A DNA stretch of 49,383 bases, from the IMG/VR virus record IMGVR_UViG_3300027533_000027, positions 1 through 49,383 of that record, one strand, 5' to 3'. Below, one piece after another: positions 37,499 to 46,775 of the stretch. Both the position numbers and the translations under genes were made by a program. How positions within the stretch are numbered: the first letter of the stretch is position 1; each line of letters opens with the position of its first letter. The DNA comes from a virus. Its lineage: Duplodnaviria > Caudoviricetes. The notes beneath the pieces were generated by a model, which saw nothing but the letters and a program-made list of their open reading frames with translations, was not told the DNA's origin and searched no databases.

Positions 37499-37575
37499 TT
37501 GAGCGGGTTGCAGTTGTCGCGGTAGCGGGTAGAGCATCGGTACAAACAACAAACCAGTATTGAGGAAATCAAACC

Positions 37576-38010
37576 ATGACGGTCAAGACGAAAAACAAAA
37601 CGCTTTCGGATGGGGTTGCATACGAAGCTAACCCCGCCTATACGCGCGAAGAATACACTTTGCGCAATACAACGGGTAGCACCGTTGGCGTTACCAATCC
37701 AATGTTGATGCCCGTAAATATCACGGGCGGCAAAGCGGAATTGGCGGTTGCTGGCGGCGAAGCGGGAATCGACGGTTTGTTGCTTACTTCGGAAGATATT
37801 GATGAAGTTGCAACAGCGAACGATTATCCCGGTGGTAAGCGTGCATTTCTCGTGCGCGGTCCAGCGATAATCCGAAAATCCATGCTCCCCGCGAACGATG
37901 CGGAAGATGCTGCATTTACAATCGCGGACATTGTTACGCGACTTGCGGCGCTTTCCCCGCCGATTCTTTGCCATACTGAACCTGCGGAAACGACAACGCA
38001 AGTTGAGTAA
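37576..38010 (+). CDS. Head decoration protein
   Basis: YTREE.TL, LVRGPAII; between protease and capsid. Confidence 0.75.
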   Translation: MTVKTKNKTLSDGVAYEANPAYTREEYTLRNTTGSTVGVTNPMLMPVNITGGKAELAVAGGEAGIDGLLLTSEDIDEVATANDYPGGKRAFLVRGPAIIRKSMLPANDAEDAAFTIADIVTRLAALSPPILCHTEPAETTTQVE

Positions 38011-38089
38011 TCGGCGCGTACGATAGAGCGGCAACAAATCAACCGGGTAGAAGTGAAAGCGAAACGCAAACAATATCCCTTTTGGAGCT

Positions 38090-39082
38090 ATGACAATGTT
38101 GAATGTTTTCACGGGAAGCGCGTTTGATTCGCTTTCCCTTACGGCAGCGATGAATAAGTTGCCGTACAAACCCGGTCGATTGGGTGCGATGGGTCTTTTT
38201 CGTCGCATCGGAATTACCAAAACCGTTGCACTTATTGAGGAACAACACGGCAAGTTGTCGTTGATTCCCGATAAGCCGCGCGGCGTACAAACAACGCTCA
38301 ATACGCGCGCATCGCGTGAAGCGCGGCCATTCAAGGCAAACCATTTGCCCGTGAATGACCAGATTTTAGCGGATGATGTACAAGGCATCCGCGCTTTCGG
38401 TAGCGAAGATGCTACCGAAACCATCGCGGATGTTGTCAACGAAATGTTGGCAACGATGCGCCAATCGTTGGAAGTAACGGTTGAGTATCACCGCATTGGC
38501 GCGATTCGCGGAATCGTGTTGGATGCCGATGGTTCAACCGTTCTGCGCAATCTGTTTACCGAATTTTCCATTACGGAAAATACGGTGAATTTCGATTTCA
38601 CCGCAGGCGCGCAGGATATGAAAACCAAATCGACCGAAGTAATTCGGGTGGTTGAGGAAGCGCTGGGCGCTACCCCTTACGATCATATCCACGCGATTTG
38701 TGGAAATGATTTTTGGGATTCATTCATCGCGCATGAATCCGTTGTCCGCGCTTTTGAGCGGCATCAGGAAAACAGTTTCGCGCGTACTCAACAGCGCAGC
38801 GGTTTTGCATTCTCGGATATTATCTGGGAAAACTATCGCGGCAAAGTTGGTACGGTCGATTTCATCCCTGCCGATACTTGCCGTTTCTTTCCGGTTGGCG
38901 TACCCGATTTGTTTTTGGAGCATTACGCGCCCGCCAACTTTATCGAAACCGTCAACACGGTTGGCAAGCCTGTTTATGCAAAACAGGAACCGTTGCCAAT
39001 GGGGACGGGAATTGCAATGCACTCGCAAAGCAATCCGCTGCTTATTTGCACCCGTCCCGGCGCTCTTGTCAAGGGTTCCTAA
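38090..39082 (+). CDS. Major capsid protein (lambda E-like family)
   Basis: SLTAAMNKLPYKPGRLG.MGLF, DVQGIRAFG, EYHRIGA, QSNPL.ICTRP. Confidence 0.92.
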   Translation: MTMLNVFTGSAFDSLSLTAAMNKLPYKPGRLGAMGLFRRIGITKTVALIEEQHGKLSLIPDKPRGVQTTLNTRASREARPFKANHLPVNDQILADDVQGIRAFGSEDATETIADVVNEMLATMRQSLEVTVEYHRIGAIRGIVLDADGSTVLRNLFTEFSITENTVNFDFTAGAQDMKTKSTEVIRVVEEALGATPYDHIHAICGNDFWDSFIAHESVVRAFERHQENSFARTQQRSGFAFSDIIWENYRGKVGTVDFIPADTCRFFPVGVPDLFLEHYAPANFIETVNTVGKPVYAKQEPLPMGTGIAMHSQSNPLLICTRPGALVKGS

Positions 39083-39125
39083 GCGGCGAAGGGAACATTG
39101 ATTGAGCGGGGTACGGCAATGCAAT

Positions 39126-39172
39126 CGCCCGCGCTTCGCAAATGATTTGTGGGGCGCGGGTGTTTTTGTTTT
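39126..39172 (+). terminator. Rho-independent terminator after the capsid gene
   Basis: CGCCCGCGCTTCGCAAAT/ATTTGTGGGGCGCGGGTG stem then TTTTTGTTTT. Confidence 0.8.
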
Positions 39173-39184
39173 CCTAGCGTATCA

Positions 39185-39751
39185 ATGGCAACCCCGGAAA
39201 TTAGCGTTGATGTTGATTTATCCGGGTTACATCAATTCTGGGCAAGAGTTGATGCCGAATTAAATAATCAACGTACCGGACCAGTAGAAAAAGCAATCAA
39301 ACAATGGGGAGTACGGTATAGATCATTCGTACAAGAGCGGTTTGATAAATTTTCTAAGGGTGGCGGGGATTGGCCGCAACTAGCAGCGTCAACATTAGCA
39401 AGGCGCAGGAAAGGAAAGCGACCAAAAGGAAAGGGGACAGTTGAGGCGGTCAAGGCAAGCATATTGCGAGATATGGGAATTTTGTTTGCGGTGCTTGCTC
39501 CCGTATTCAGCGGCAAACCCGGCGCATTACAAGAGCATATCCCGTTTGGTATTCGTGTTGGTTTCGGTGGCCCCCATAAACACGGCAGCGGCGGCAACGC
39601 TACCATTGCAGATATTGCCAGTTTTCACAACGACGGCGCAGGACATTTACCAAAACGAGAAATCATAGTTGCACCGCTTGCTAATGTCGTTACCGCAATG
39701 GCGAACGATATGGAAAAAGCGTTAAAGCAACTAGGCGACGAAATAAAGTAA
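39185..39751 (+). CDS. Neck / tail completion protein (Mu G / P2 S-like)
   Basis: W..LAASTLARR, ILRD.G.L, A..HNDG...LPKR. Confidence 0.75.
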   Translation: MATPEISVDVDLSGLHQFWARVDAELNNQRTGPVEKAIKQWGVRYRSFVQERFDKFSKGGGDWPQLAASTLARRRKGKRPKGKGTVEAVKASILRDMGILFAVLAPVFSGKPGALQEHIPFGIRVGFGGPHKHGSGGNATIADIASFHNDGAGHLPKREIIVAPLANVVTAMANDMEKALKQLGDEIK

Positions 39752-40275
39752 TGGCCGCAACATATCCTAACCCGTTTACCAAAGTTTTAGAACAACTTTG
39801 GACATTGCTAGAAGCGGATACGCAATTTACTGATCGTATCCCTCCTGCAAATCGGGTTAAGTATGACAGCACCACCGATAACAACCCAATCAAACAAATC
39901 GTTGCAACCGCAGACCTACCCGAATTCGCTGTTGCATTTGGTGGCGCGGCAATCAACCTATTTGATTCATCCTCATCAACTAAGGTTGTTTCCCGTTGGA
40001 TGTTTGTAATCAACACTGGCGATTGGCGCGTAAATGAATTCGCGCAAGTGTTGAATTGGATTGTATTATGCAATCTTCGCCAATGGAAAACCGGTCTAGG
40101 CGCTTTAACTTGGAAAGGGGAAACCTTTGTTAAGCGGGTACATATACTAGACCTAGCATCCGGGGAAAGCGACCCTAACCGCAATCGACAAATCAAGGGT
40201 TGGACAAGTGTGTTTAACCTTGAAATCGAAATGCACTTTAAGACAACTAACCTAGTTTTTTCGGAGTCACCCTAA
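39751..40275 (+). CDS. Putative tail terminator
   Basis: Position and size. Confidence 0.55.
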   Translation: MAATYPNPFTKVLEQLWTLLEADTQFTDRIPPANRVKYDSTTDNNPIKQIVATADLPEFAVAFGGAAINLFDSSSSTKVVSRWMFVINTGDWRVNEFAQVLNWIVLCNLRQWKTGLGALTWKGETFVKRVHILDLASGESDPNRNRQIKGWTSVFNLEIEMHFKTTNLVFSESP

Positions 40276-41112
40276 ATGTCTATTCGTTCCGGCAAACATG
40301 GCGTTGTCAATGGTCAATCAACAATTCGTAATTGGACGATTGTTGATGAAATGACCCCTCAAAAATTCGTCGCCAGCAATACCGCAAAGGGAGCGGCGCG
40401 GCGCAACGGTATCAACTCTTGGAACGGTACGTTTCAAGGTTACGGACATTCCCCCGTAGTTTTACCCGGTGATATATTTGCTTTCATCGGTTACACCGCG
40501 CCTAATGATGATGTATCAGGCGCGGGCGAACGGGCAAGCGGCAACGCAATTGTTGATTCCCTCAACATCAATTGGAATTGGCAAAACGGGGAAATCATCA
40601 ATCATACAATCAACTTCTCCGGTCATTTGGGTTTGACTTGGGCAAGCGGCGCGGCGGTTACGGATGCGACCGATCCAACTGTACCGGAAGTCTGCGGAAC
40701 CAAAATTGAGTATTCGACGGATGGCATGGCATGGGCGGAAATGACAGATTTGCTTTCCGCTTCGCTTACTCTCACAAGCGAAAACCTTGCTTACGTCAAT
40801 TCCTCAACTGGTTGCAACACGGGTCGCAAAAAGGGTAATCTTGATTGGACGTTGGCGATTGTCCAACAAGATGTAATCCGGGGTGCATACGCATTTGATA
40901 AGGGGGACGATTTGCAACTCCGGTTGTGGATTGACGATACCGATTATTGGGAATTGGTATGGGGTAAGGTACGAAACTTTACCAACATTACCGTTGACAT
41001 TGAAACGGGAGCAATCATCCAACGTACTGTAAATATGGAAATGAACGGTCACGTTGGCGGGAATTTGGGTAGCATTACCCTACCGGGCGCAATGTCCGCA
41101 TGGTGGGGTTAA
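40276..41112 (+). CDS. Major tail tube protein
   Basis: Position before chaperone and TMP; beta-rich, apparently two similar halves. Confidence 0.65.
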   Translation: MSIRSGKHGVVNGQSTIRNWTIVDEMTPQKFVASNTAKGAARRNGINSWNGTFQGYGHSPVVLPGDIFAFIGYTAPNDDVSGAGERASGNAIVDSLNINWNWQNGEIINHTINFSGHLGLTWASGAAVTDATDPTVPEVCGTKIEYSTDGMAWAEMTDLLSASLTLTSENLAYVNSSTGCNTGRKKGNLDWTLAIVQQDVIRGAYAFDKGDDLQLRLWIDDTDYWELVWGKVRNFTNITVDIETGAIIQRTVNMEMNGHVGGNLGSITLPGAMSAWWG

Positions 41113-41142
41113 TCCGTTCTCTTTAGTAGGATTCGCCGCAAA

Positions 41143-41631
41143 ATGATACTTCGCAATGAGGAAAGAATAACCGGTGCAACTCATCCGTTGCATCTTGGCA
41201 AACATAAGTTTGCAGCATCCCGGTTGAGCGATACGGATATTACCGAATTGGATATATGGGTACGCAACCAATATATTCATACGGTTAAATCCTCATTCAC
41301 CCCGCAGACCACGCAACGGGAGCGGGAGGAATCGCTAGACATTGCTTTCCGTACTGCCGCCACGCTATCCGCTTTCACGGGTACGGGCGCGCGGATACTG
41401 GCAACAGTTGAGGGTATGACCCGTTTGATTTGGCAAACAATCAAAACGAATCATCCGCACGTTTCCGAAGAAACATTGCATCAATTGTTGTTAGACCCGG
41501 AAAACATAGAAGAATGTAACCGGGTTTTCAAGACTCTCAACATGCCCGATACGGCAAACCTACCCGCTAACAGCGGGAAAAAAGGGGGCAAAAATCGAAA
41601 GAGAAGAAACGCAGCGCACCGTCAAAAATAA
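41143..41631 (+). CDS. Tail assembly chaperone (lambda G-like)
   Basis: Between tube and TMP; ends in a G/A slippery run. Confidence 0.75.
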   Translation: MILRNEERITGATHPLHLGKHKFAASRLSDTDITELDIWVRNQYIHTVKSSFTPQTTQREREESLDIAFRTAATLSAFTGTGARILATVEGMTRLIWQTIKTNHPHVSEETLHQLLLDPENIEECNRVFKTLNMPDTANLPANSGKKGGKNRKRRNAAHRQK

Positions 41632-41804
41632 CGGTATATCGCGCACTCGCCCGCGCGTACGGGTGGTCATTCGCAACGATTGCGAGTATGTCACCCTTAG
41701 AGCAACTGATTGCTTTGTCGAAAGATGAAACAGACGGCAAAACAATTACGTTTGCTTCCGATGAGGATTACAAGCGTTGGTTAGCGGAGAGGAATAACGA
41801 ATGA
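41571..41804 (+). CDS. -1 frame extension of the tail chaperone (lambda T-like)
   Basis: -1 frame open 41571-41804, encodes YRALARAYGWSFATIASMSPLEQ; stop overlaps the TMP ATG. Confidence 0.7.
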   Translation, partial: QREKRGQKSKEKKRSAPSKITVYRALARAYGWSFATIASMSPLEQLIALSKDETDGKTITFASDEDYKRWLAERNNE

Positions 41805-43525
41805 GCAACGCTGTAACCATCGACATTAAAGGCAGGAACGATAACCTAAAGGATGCGCTAGGTGGTTCCGAATCCATGATTAAAGGATTCGGTAGCAAAA
41901 TCATGGGCGCGTTTGCTGCTATTGGTGCTACCATCGGCGCGGTTATGTCTGTCCGCGCCGTCTTTGATTGGGGCAAATCCTTTGTTGAGGCAGCGGCAGC
42001 GGCGCAGGAATCAACCGCGAAACTAGATGCGGTTATGACAGCAACGGGACGCGCCGCCGGTTTCACTACAGAACAATTGGTTGGACTAGCAGACCAGTTG
42101 CAAAGCGTAACAAAATTTGAGAGTGAAACTACGCAAGAGGCAATGGCAATCATTGCAACCTTTAAGAATATCCGGGGGGATATTTTTATTGAGGCAACTA
42201 AAGCAGCGCAGGATATGGCAACTGTAATGGGTACAGACTTATCCGGCGCATCTATGCAAGTTGCTAAAGCGCTCAATGATCCGTTAAAAGGAATGACCGC
42301 GCTTTCCCGCGCTGGCGTATCCTTTACGGAACAACAAGAGGAAATGATTAACGCGCTAATTAAATCTGGCGACGTTATGGGCGCGCAGCGTGTTATCTTG
42401 AAAGAGTTGCAATCCGAATTCGGGGGAGCGGCGGAAAAAATCGGCGGGACATTTAGCGGCCAAATGGAAATTCTGAAAAACCGTTTCGGGGATATTTCAG
42501 AATCAATTGGCGAAATGTTGATACCGTGGTTGCAAGAGCTATCCCCAATGATGGATGGTTTAGCTACCGTCATTGAAAATCTAATTCCGGTTATTGCATC
42601 ATGGTCTAGCATGATGATAACGGGAGTTAAATCAATGATGCAACAGTTGCAACCATTCTTTGATTTTATGCTAGATGCCGGAATTGCAGCATTCACGGGA
42701 TTGCAATTAGTCATTGAAAATTTCGTTGATGTTGGTTTGCTTGCGATCAATACATGGGCATTGCAAACCGTGTCAAATTTTGAGATGTTGCGACATTGGT
42801 TGACGGAAGCGCTGCCGCAATATCTAAGTTGGTTTGGTGATAATTGGTTAAAGGTATGGTTTGACTTGCAACAGTTTCAAGCAACCATCTTAACCAATAT
42901 GGGCAAAAACATTATGGATTTTGTTGTTGCCGTCAAAGATGCGTTGCAAGGCAGGGGATTTGATTTCAAGTTTACATCGTTGTTGGAAGGTTTCCAATTA
43001 ACGATGGATGAGTTACCCGAAATTGCGGAGCGCATCCCAACCGAACTAGAAAAAGATTTACAATCCAAAGTTGCCGCGCTTACTCTAAAACTAACCGGCA
43101 AATTTGCGGAAGATTTCGCCGCTAACAAAAAAGCATTGTTAGACTTATTCCGCAAGGGTGAAAAAGATATTGACTTGACCAATACGGCAAGCGATGAATT
43201 TGACCCGGACGCATTCACAACGAAGGATGATACAAAGGGGAAAAAGGCAAAGGCAGCGAAAAAAGAAAAAGAGGATAAGGGACAGCAAGCAACATTTGAG
43301 GATTTGGATTCCCTCAATAAGCGTATTGCTGCCGCCGCTGCATTAACTCACAATGATCCAATTAAGTTAGCTGTAAAAGCTAACGAACTAGCGGCGGAAA
43401 ATAACAAGTTGCTAGGCGAGTTGGTACATACTACCAAAGACCATATTAGCTTGGCGGATAAGACTGTTAAGGCAACGGAAGAAACCGCCGAAACAATCGA
43501 AACCGTAGGCACATTGCATAGGTAG
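41801..43525 (+). CDS. Tape measure protein
   Basis: 574 aa, Ala/Gly-rich helical, KALNDP.KG.TAL.R.GV.F motif. Confidence 0.92.
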   Translation: MSNAVTIDIKGRNDNLKDALGGSESMIKGFGSKIMGAFAAIGATIGAVMSVRAVFDWGKSFVEAAAAAQESTAKLDAVMTATGRAAGFTTEQLVGLADQLQSVTKFESETTQEAMAIIATFKNIRGDIFIEATKAAQDMATVMGTDLSGASMQVAKALNDPLKGMTALSRAGVSFTEQQEEMINALIKSGDVMGAQRVILKELQSEFGGAAEKIGGTFSGQMEILKNRFGDISESIGEMLIPWLQELSPMMDGLATVIENLIPVIASWSSMMITGVKSMMQQLQPFFDFMLDAGIAAFTGLQLVIENFVDVGLLAINTWALQTVSNFEMLRHWLTEALPQYLSWFGDNWLKVWFDLQQFQATILTNMGKNIMDFVVAVKDALQGRGFDFKFTSLLEGFQLTMDELPEIAERIPTELEKDLQSKVAALTLKLTGKFAEDFAANKKALLDLFRKGEKDIDLTNTASDEFDPDAFTTKDDTKGKKAKAAKKEKEDKGQQATFEDLDSLNKRIAAAAALTHNDPIKLAVKANELAAENNKLLGELVHTTKDHISLADKTVKATEETAETIETVGTLHR

Positions 43526-43529
43526 TTAA

Positions 43530-44291
43530 ATGGGTACTTACTCCGCTGTTGCATGTTCGGAAGAACATAATACAGTTTCCGAAGGTTTCGACATTGAAAC
43601 CGGAATGAGCGCAGGGGTTACGCTCCGCTGCGCTTGGAATGACCGTTTTTCCCTTGTGGCAGACTTGCTAAGTACTCCGCGCGTCTATCCGGGTACTGGT
43701 TTTGCTTCCCCGCCGCAAGCGGTCAACGCTTCTATACGAAGCGGGGGAGAGTGCGGGGCAACCGATGGTCAACAGTTAGTCTATGACCATGCGCTAGTAA
43801 CTGTTGCTTACTCGCATCGAATCAAAGATTTAATATCCGAATCTTTGGAACCGAATGTTGAGTTTATAACGCAAGATTACAAACGGTTTGCATGGGCGGC
43901 AGCGGATGGCGATGCATTGCTAGAAGGTGAAGCGCCGGGACGGCAATACAAATCGCTTAACTTAGTTCGCACGCTTTACAATCTTTCATCAATGCCCGCT
44001 GCCGTTCTAACGGCAATCGGTCAAGTCAACGATACTGCCTATGTATCGGGGTTGCTAGGTTTCACGTTTGATGAGGAAACCTTACTATATCAACCGCCGC
44101 AACTCAACCGAATCATTCGCACCAACGGCAGCGAAGGGTGGACATTAGCCCTAAAGTTTTCGTACAAACCGCAGGGATGGAATAAATACTGGCGTGCGAA
44201 ATCCCAAGCATGGGAAAAAATCTTTTTGCGCGATCCCGCTGGCGAGTATAAGAATTATCCGCCGGGTGATTTCTCTAGCATTTTGTTCTAG
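43530..44291 (+). CDS. Putative distal tail / hub protein
   Basis: Directly after TMP; G.VN...F....LLY and F.YKPQGWN motifs. Confidence 0.6.
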   Translation: MGTYSAVACSEEHNTVSEGFDIETGMSAGVTLRCAWNDRFSLVADLLSTPRVYPGTGFASPPQAVNASIRSGGECGATDGQQLVYDHALVTVAYSHRIKDLISESLEPNVEFITQDYKRFAWAAADGDALLEGEAPGRQYKSLNLVRTLYNLSSMPAAVLTAIGQVNDTAYVSGLLGFTFDEETLLYQPPQLNRIIRTNGSEGWTLALKFSYKPQGWNKYWRAKSQAWEKIFLRDPAGEYKNYPPGDFSSILF

Positions 44292-46747
44292 TGCCAAATC
44301 ATTTACCACAAACCGCCGAAACTCTAATTGAATTATCCGAAGGGGATAGAATCCCTTTGGATATGTTTAACGCCATTATACGCGCGTGTAAGGCAAAGAG
44401 TATTGGAGCGGATGGGGTAATTGATGAAATAGGTAGCGCACTAGGAACGAAAACAAAACATGCAACGTACTATATCGAAATAGAAACCGTTGCCGAAATT
44501 CCCCCATACTCCATTTTTGGTATCAAAGATACTGCCGCATTTGCGGAACCGGCAAGAGTTGTCGCGGAACGTATCGGAATTGATACCTATTTTGGTAGTC
44601 CGCTTGTACTGCTTACAAACGGCAGCATCGGTATTCCTGCAAACAATAAAGGCATTGTAGAAATCATAGGGTTTTCTAAACCCGTACCGATCAAAGTTGC
44701 TGCCGGTTTGATTCCAGAAGTAACCCATAGTTGCGGAGTTGATTTTGATACTTGGGAAGTATCTAGCGATAGACACGGTTTAGTATGTCTATCCGAACCA
44801 AATGACGATGATTTAATTCTCGTTACGCGCACGCGCGAACCGGTCAACGTGATTGGTTGCGTAACAGAAGAAATTACAGCATACGACAAGGAAACAAAAA
44901 CACTAGGAACGGGGAGGATTGCGGTACGATTTCGTAATGCAATAGGCGAATTAAAAACCGCGCGCGATCCTAACAACCGCCTAGAACCGTGGTACATGGA
45001 TGTTTGGAATCCAAAGGAAACCGAATATGGTTTGTGCGATGTAGTGGAAGCGGTTGAGACATTGGGAGTTGGGTTGCTAGTGCATGATGGCATACAACAC
45101 AACATGCATAGTACGACTACTACGGGAGAACCGGGAACTACAACCACGCTGCCGCCATGTTCCGGCAATTGTCAATGGTTATGGAGCGGGGACGGAAGTT
45201 GGCATTTAGTTGAGGATTATTGTAATACTACAACTAGCACCACAACAACGACAACTACAACAACCACTACCACAACAACGACAACTAGCGAACCAACAAC
45301 CACGGGAGAACCGGAACCAACAACTACAACAACGTATGACCCGTGCGATTGTGATAATACAACAACTACCACAACCACAACGACAACCCCGGAACCAAAT
45401 TGCACTTGCGTCTATCCCAACTTCTGCGGAACAACTCCGGGGGAATGCACATACACATTTTGCGCATCGGGTGAAACGGAACCGGTAGTTGATTGCACTA
45501 CAACAACCGAACCAACAACCACAACTACAACTACTACATCAACAACCGAACCAACAACTACGCCAGCACCAACGACAACTTGCGATTGCAATACAACAAC
45601 TCTTGCGCCGGGTTGTGCGGATGGTTGCGATTGGGCATGTTTGCCAAACTTCGGAACGGGTGTATTAACTTGGCATCGCACGCGAAACGGTTGCAACGCG
45701 GGTTGTCCATGCTCCCCGCCCGAAACCCCTTGTATTGATTGTGCAACCGATAGTACGCCATGCGTTACAACAACAACAGTAGAACCACCACCACCGGACA
45801 TATTTTGTACCGGTAGTTGTATCTATTGGTGGATTCCTGATTTGTCGGAATGGATTTTGATTGATAACAATTGCGAATGGCAAGGGGTTGTAGGTTGTAC
45901 TTGTGTTGCACCATCCGAAGATGGTGATATTTGCGCGCCAGTGTATCCGGGTTGCCATGCTCCCGCAACAACTCCCGCGCCGCCTACAACTACAACCCTA
46001 GACCCGTGCGCAAATTGCTATACAACCACGGGCGAACCAACAACGACAACAACCACAACTGCCGATCCATGCGACCAAGATTGCATTTGGGATTGGGACG
46101 CTGTAGGTATGTCTTGGGAATTGATTGTTGACGATTGTGATAGCGATTGCCCTTGTACATACCCCGCAATTTTCGGCCATGCGGAATGTGAAGTAACGAA
46201 TACGGGTTGCGGCTATCCAACTACTACAACAACCACAACGACAACTACCACTACTACAACAACCACAACGACAACTACCACAACCACTACTACAACAACC
46301 ACAACGACAACTGCCGAACCAACAACCACAACGACAACAACCACAACTACGCCAGAACCGGTATGGATGTGGAGTTGTGCAAGCAACAGTTGTATTGATG
46401 ATTGCGATGGTATGACAGATTGCGAAGGTGCAATCTATTCATCATTTGAGGATTGCGAAATGGGCAATCCGGTTGGTTGCTGTTGTTGTGATGATGGCGA
46501 ATGGACCGGCGGAATTCCGACGGTATGTTGTAATATCAACTATGAATGCTTAGATAGTGCGGTTGATAGTTGGCATGATTGCATGGGAACATGCGTTGAT
46601 TGCGATATGTGTTTAGGTGCATGTTGTGATTCACTAGAGACAATGATGTGTTTTGATGGGGAAACTGAAAATAGTTGTAATGCCCGTGGTGGAATGTTTA
46701 CATTCCTTGGCCCCGGAACAACATGCATGATGGATTGTCCAATCTAA
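44291..46747 (+). CDS. Tail tip/fibre protein with mucin-like poly-Thr tracts and Cys/Trp repeat modules
   Basis: Last tail gene; Thr runs up to about 31 residues; four C..C.W.W...W.L...C modules; C-terminal GACC module. Confidence 0.75.
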   Translation: MPNHLPQTAETLIELSEGDRIPLDMFNAIIRACKAKSIGADGVIDEIGSALGTKTKHATYYIEIETVAEIPPYSIFGIKDTAAFAEPARVVAERIGIDTYFGSPLVLLTNGSIGIPANNKGIVEIIGFSKPVPIKVAAGLIPEVTHSCGVDFDTWEVSSDRHGLVCLSEPNDDDLILVTRTREPVNVIGCVTEEITAYDKETKTLGTGRIAVRFRNAIGELKTARDPNNRLEPWYMDVWNPKETEYGLCDVVEAVETLGVGLLVHDGIQHNMHSTTTTGEPGTTTTLPPCSGNCQWLWSGDGSWHLVEDYCNTTTSTTTTTTTTTTTTTTTTSEPTTTGEPEPTTTTTYDPCDCDNTTTTTTTTTTPEPNCTCVYPNFCGTTPGECTYTFCASGETEPVVDCTTTTEPTTTTTTTTSTTEPTTTPAPTTTCDCNTTTLAPGCADGCDWACLPNFGTGVLTWHRTRNGCNAGCPCSPPETPCIDCATDSTPCVTTTTVEPPPPDIFCTGSCIYWWIPDLSEWILIDNNCEWQGVVGCTCVAPSEDGDICAPVYPGCHAPATTPAPPTTTTLDPCANCYTTTGEPTTTTTTTADPCDQDCIWDWDAVGMSWELIVDDCDSDCPCTYPAIFGHAECEVTNTGCGYPTTTTTTTTTTTTTTTTTTTTTTTTTTTTTTTAEPTTTTTTTTTTPEPVWMWSCASNSCIDDCDGMTDCEGAIYSSFEDCEMGNPVGCCCCDDGEWTGGIPTVCCNINYECLDSAVDSWHDCMGTCVDCDMCLGACCDSLETMMCFDGETENSCNARGGMFTFLGPGTTCMMDCPI
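46221..46312 (+). repeat. 30-bp tandem repeat in the poly-Thr tract
   Basis: CTACTACAACAACCACAACGACAACTACCA at 46221 and 46251; 26-bp third copy at 46287. Confidence 0.9.
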
Positions 46748-46775
46748 CTCTTTAGGGAAAGGTAGCTTCGCCGCT

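Noticed and set aside
36862-38439. 525-aa minus-strand ORF
   Set aside because: Antisense shadow of the protease, decoration and capsid genes, with no recognisable motifs
41746-42750. 334-aa minus-strand ORF
   Set aside because: Antisense shadow of the tape measure gene
45228-46350. ACA/ACC/ACT repeat arrays as a possible CRISPR array or DGR variable region
   Set aside because: They are in-frame Thr codons with no constant repeat plus unique spacers; no reverse transcriptase or template/variable repeat pair seen
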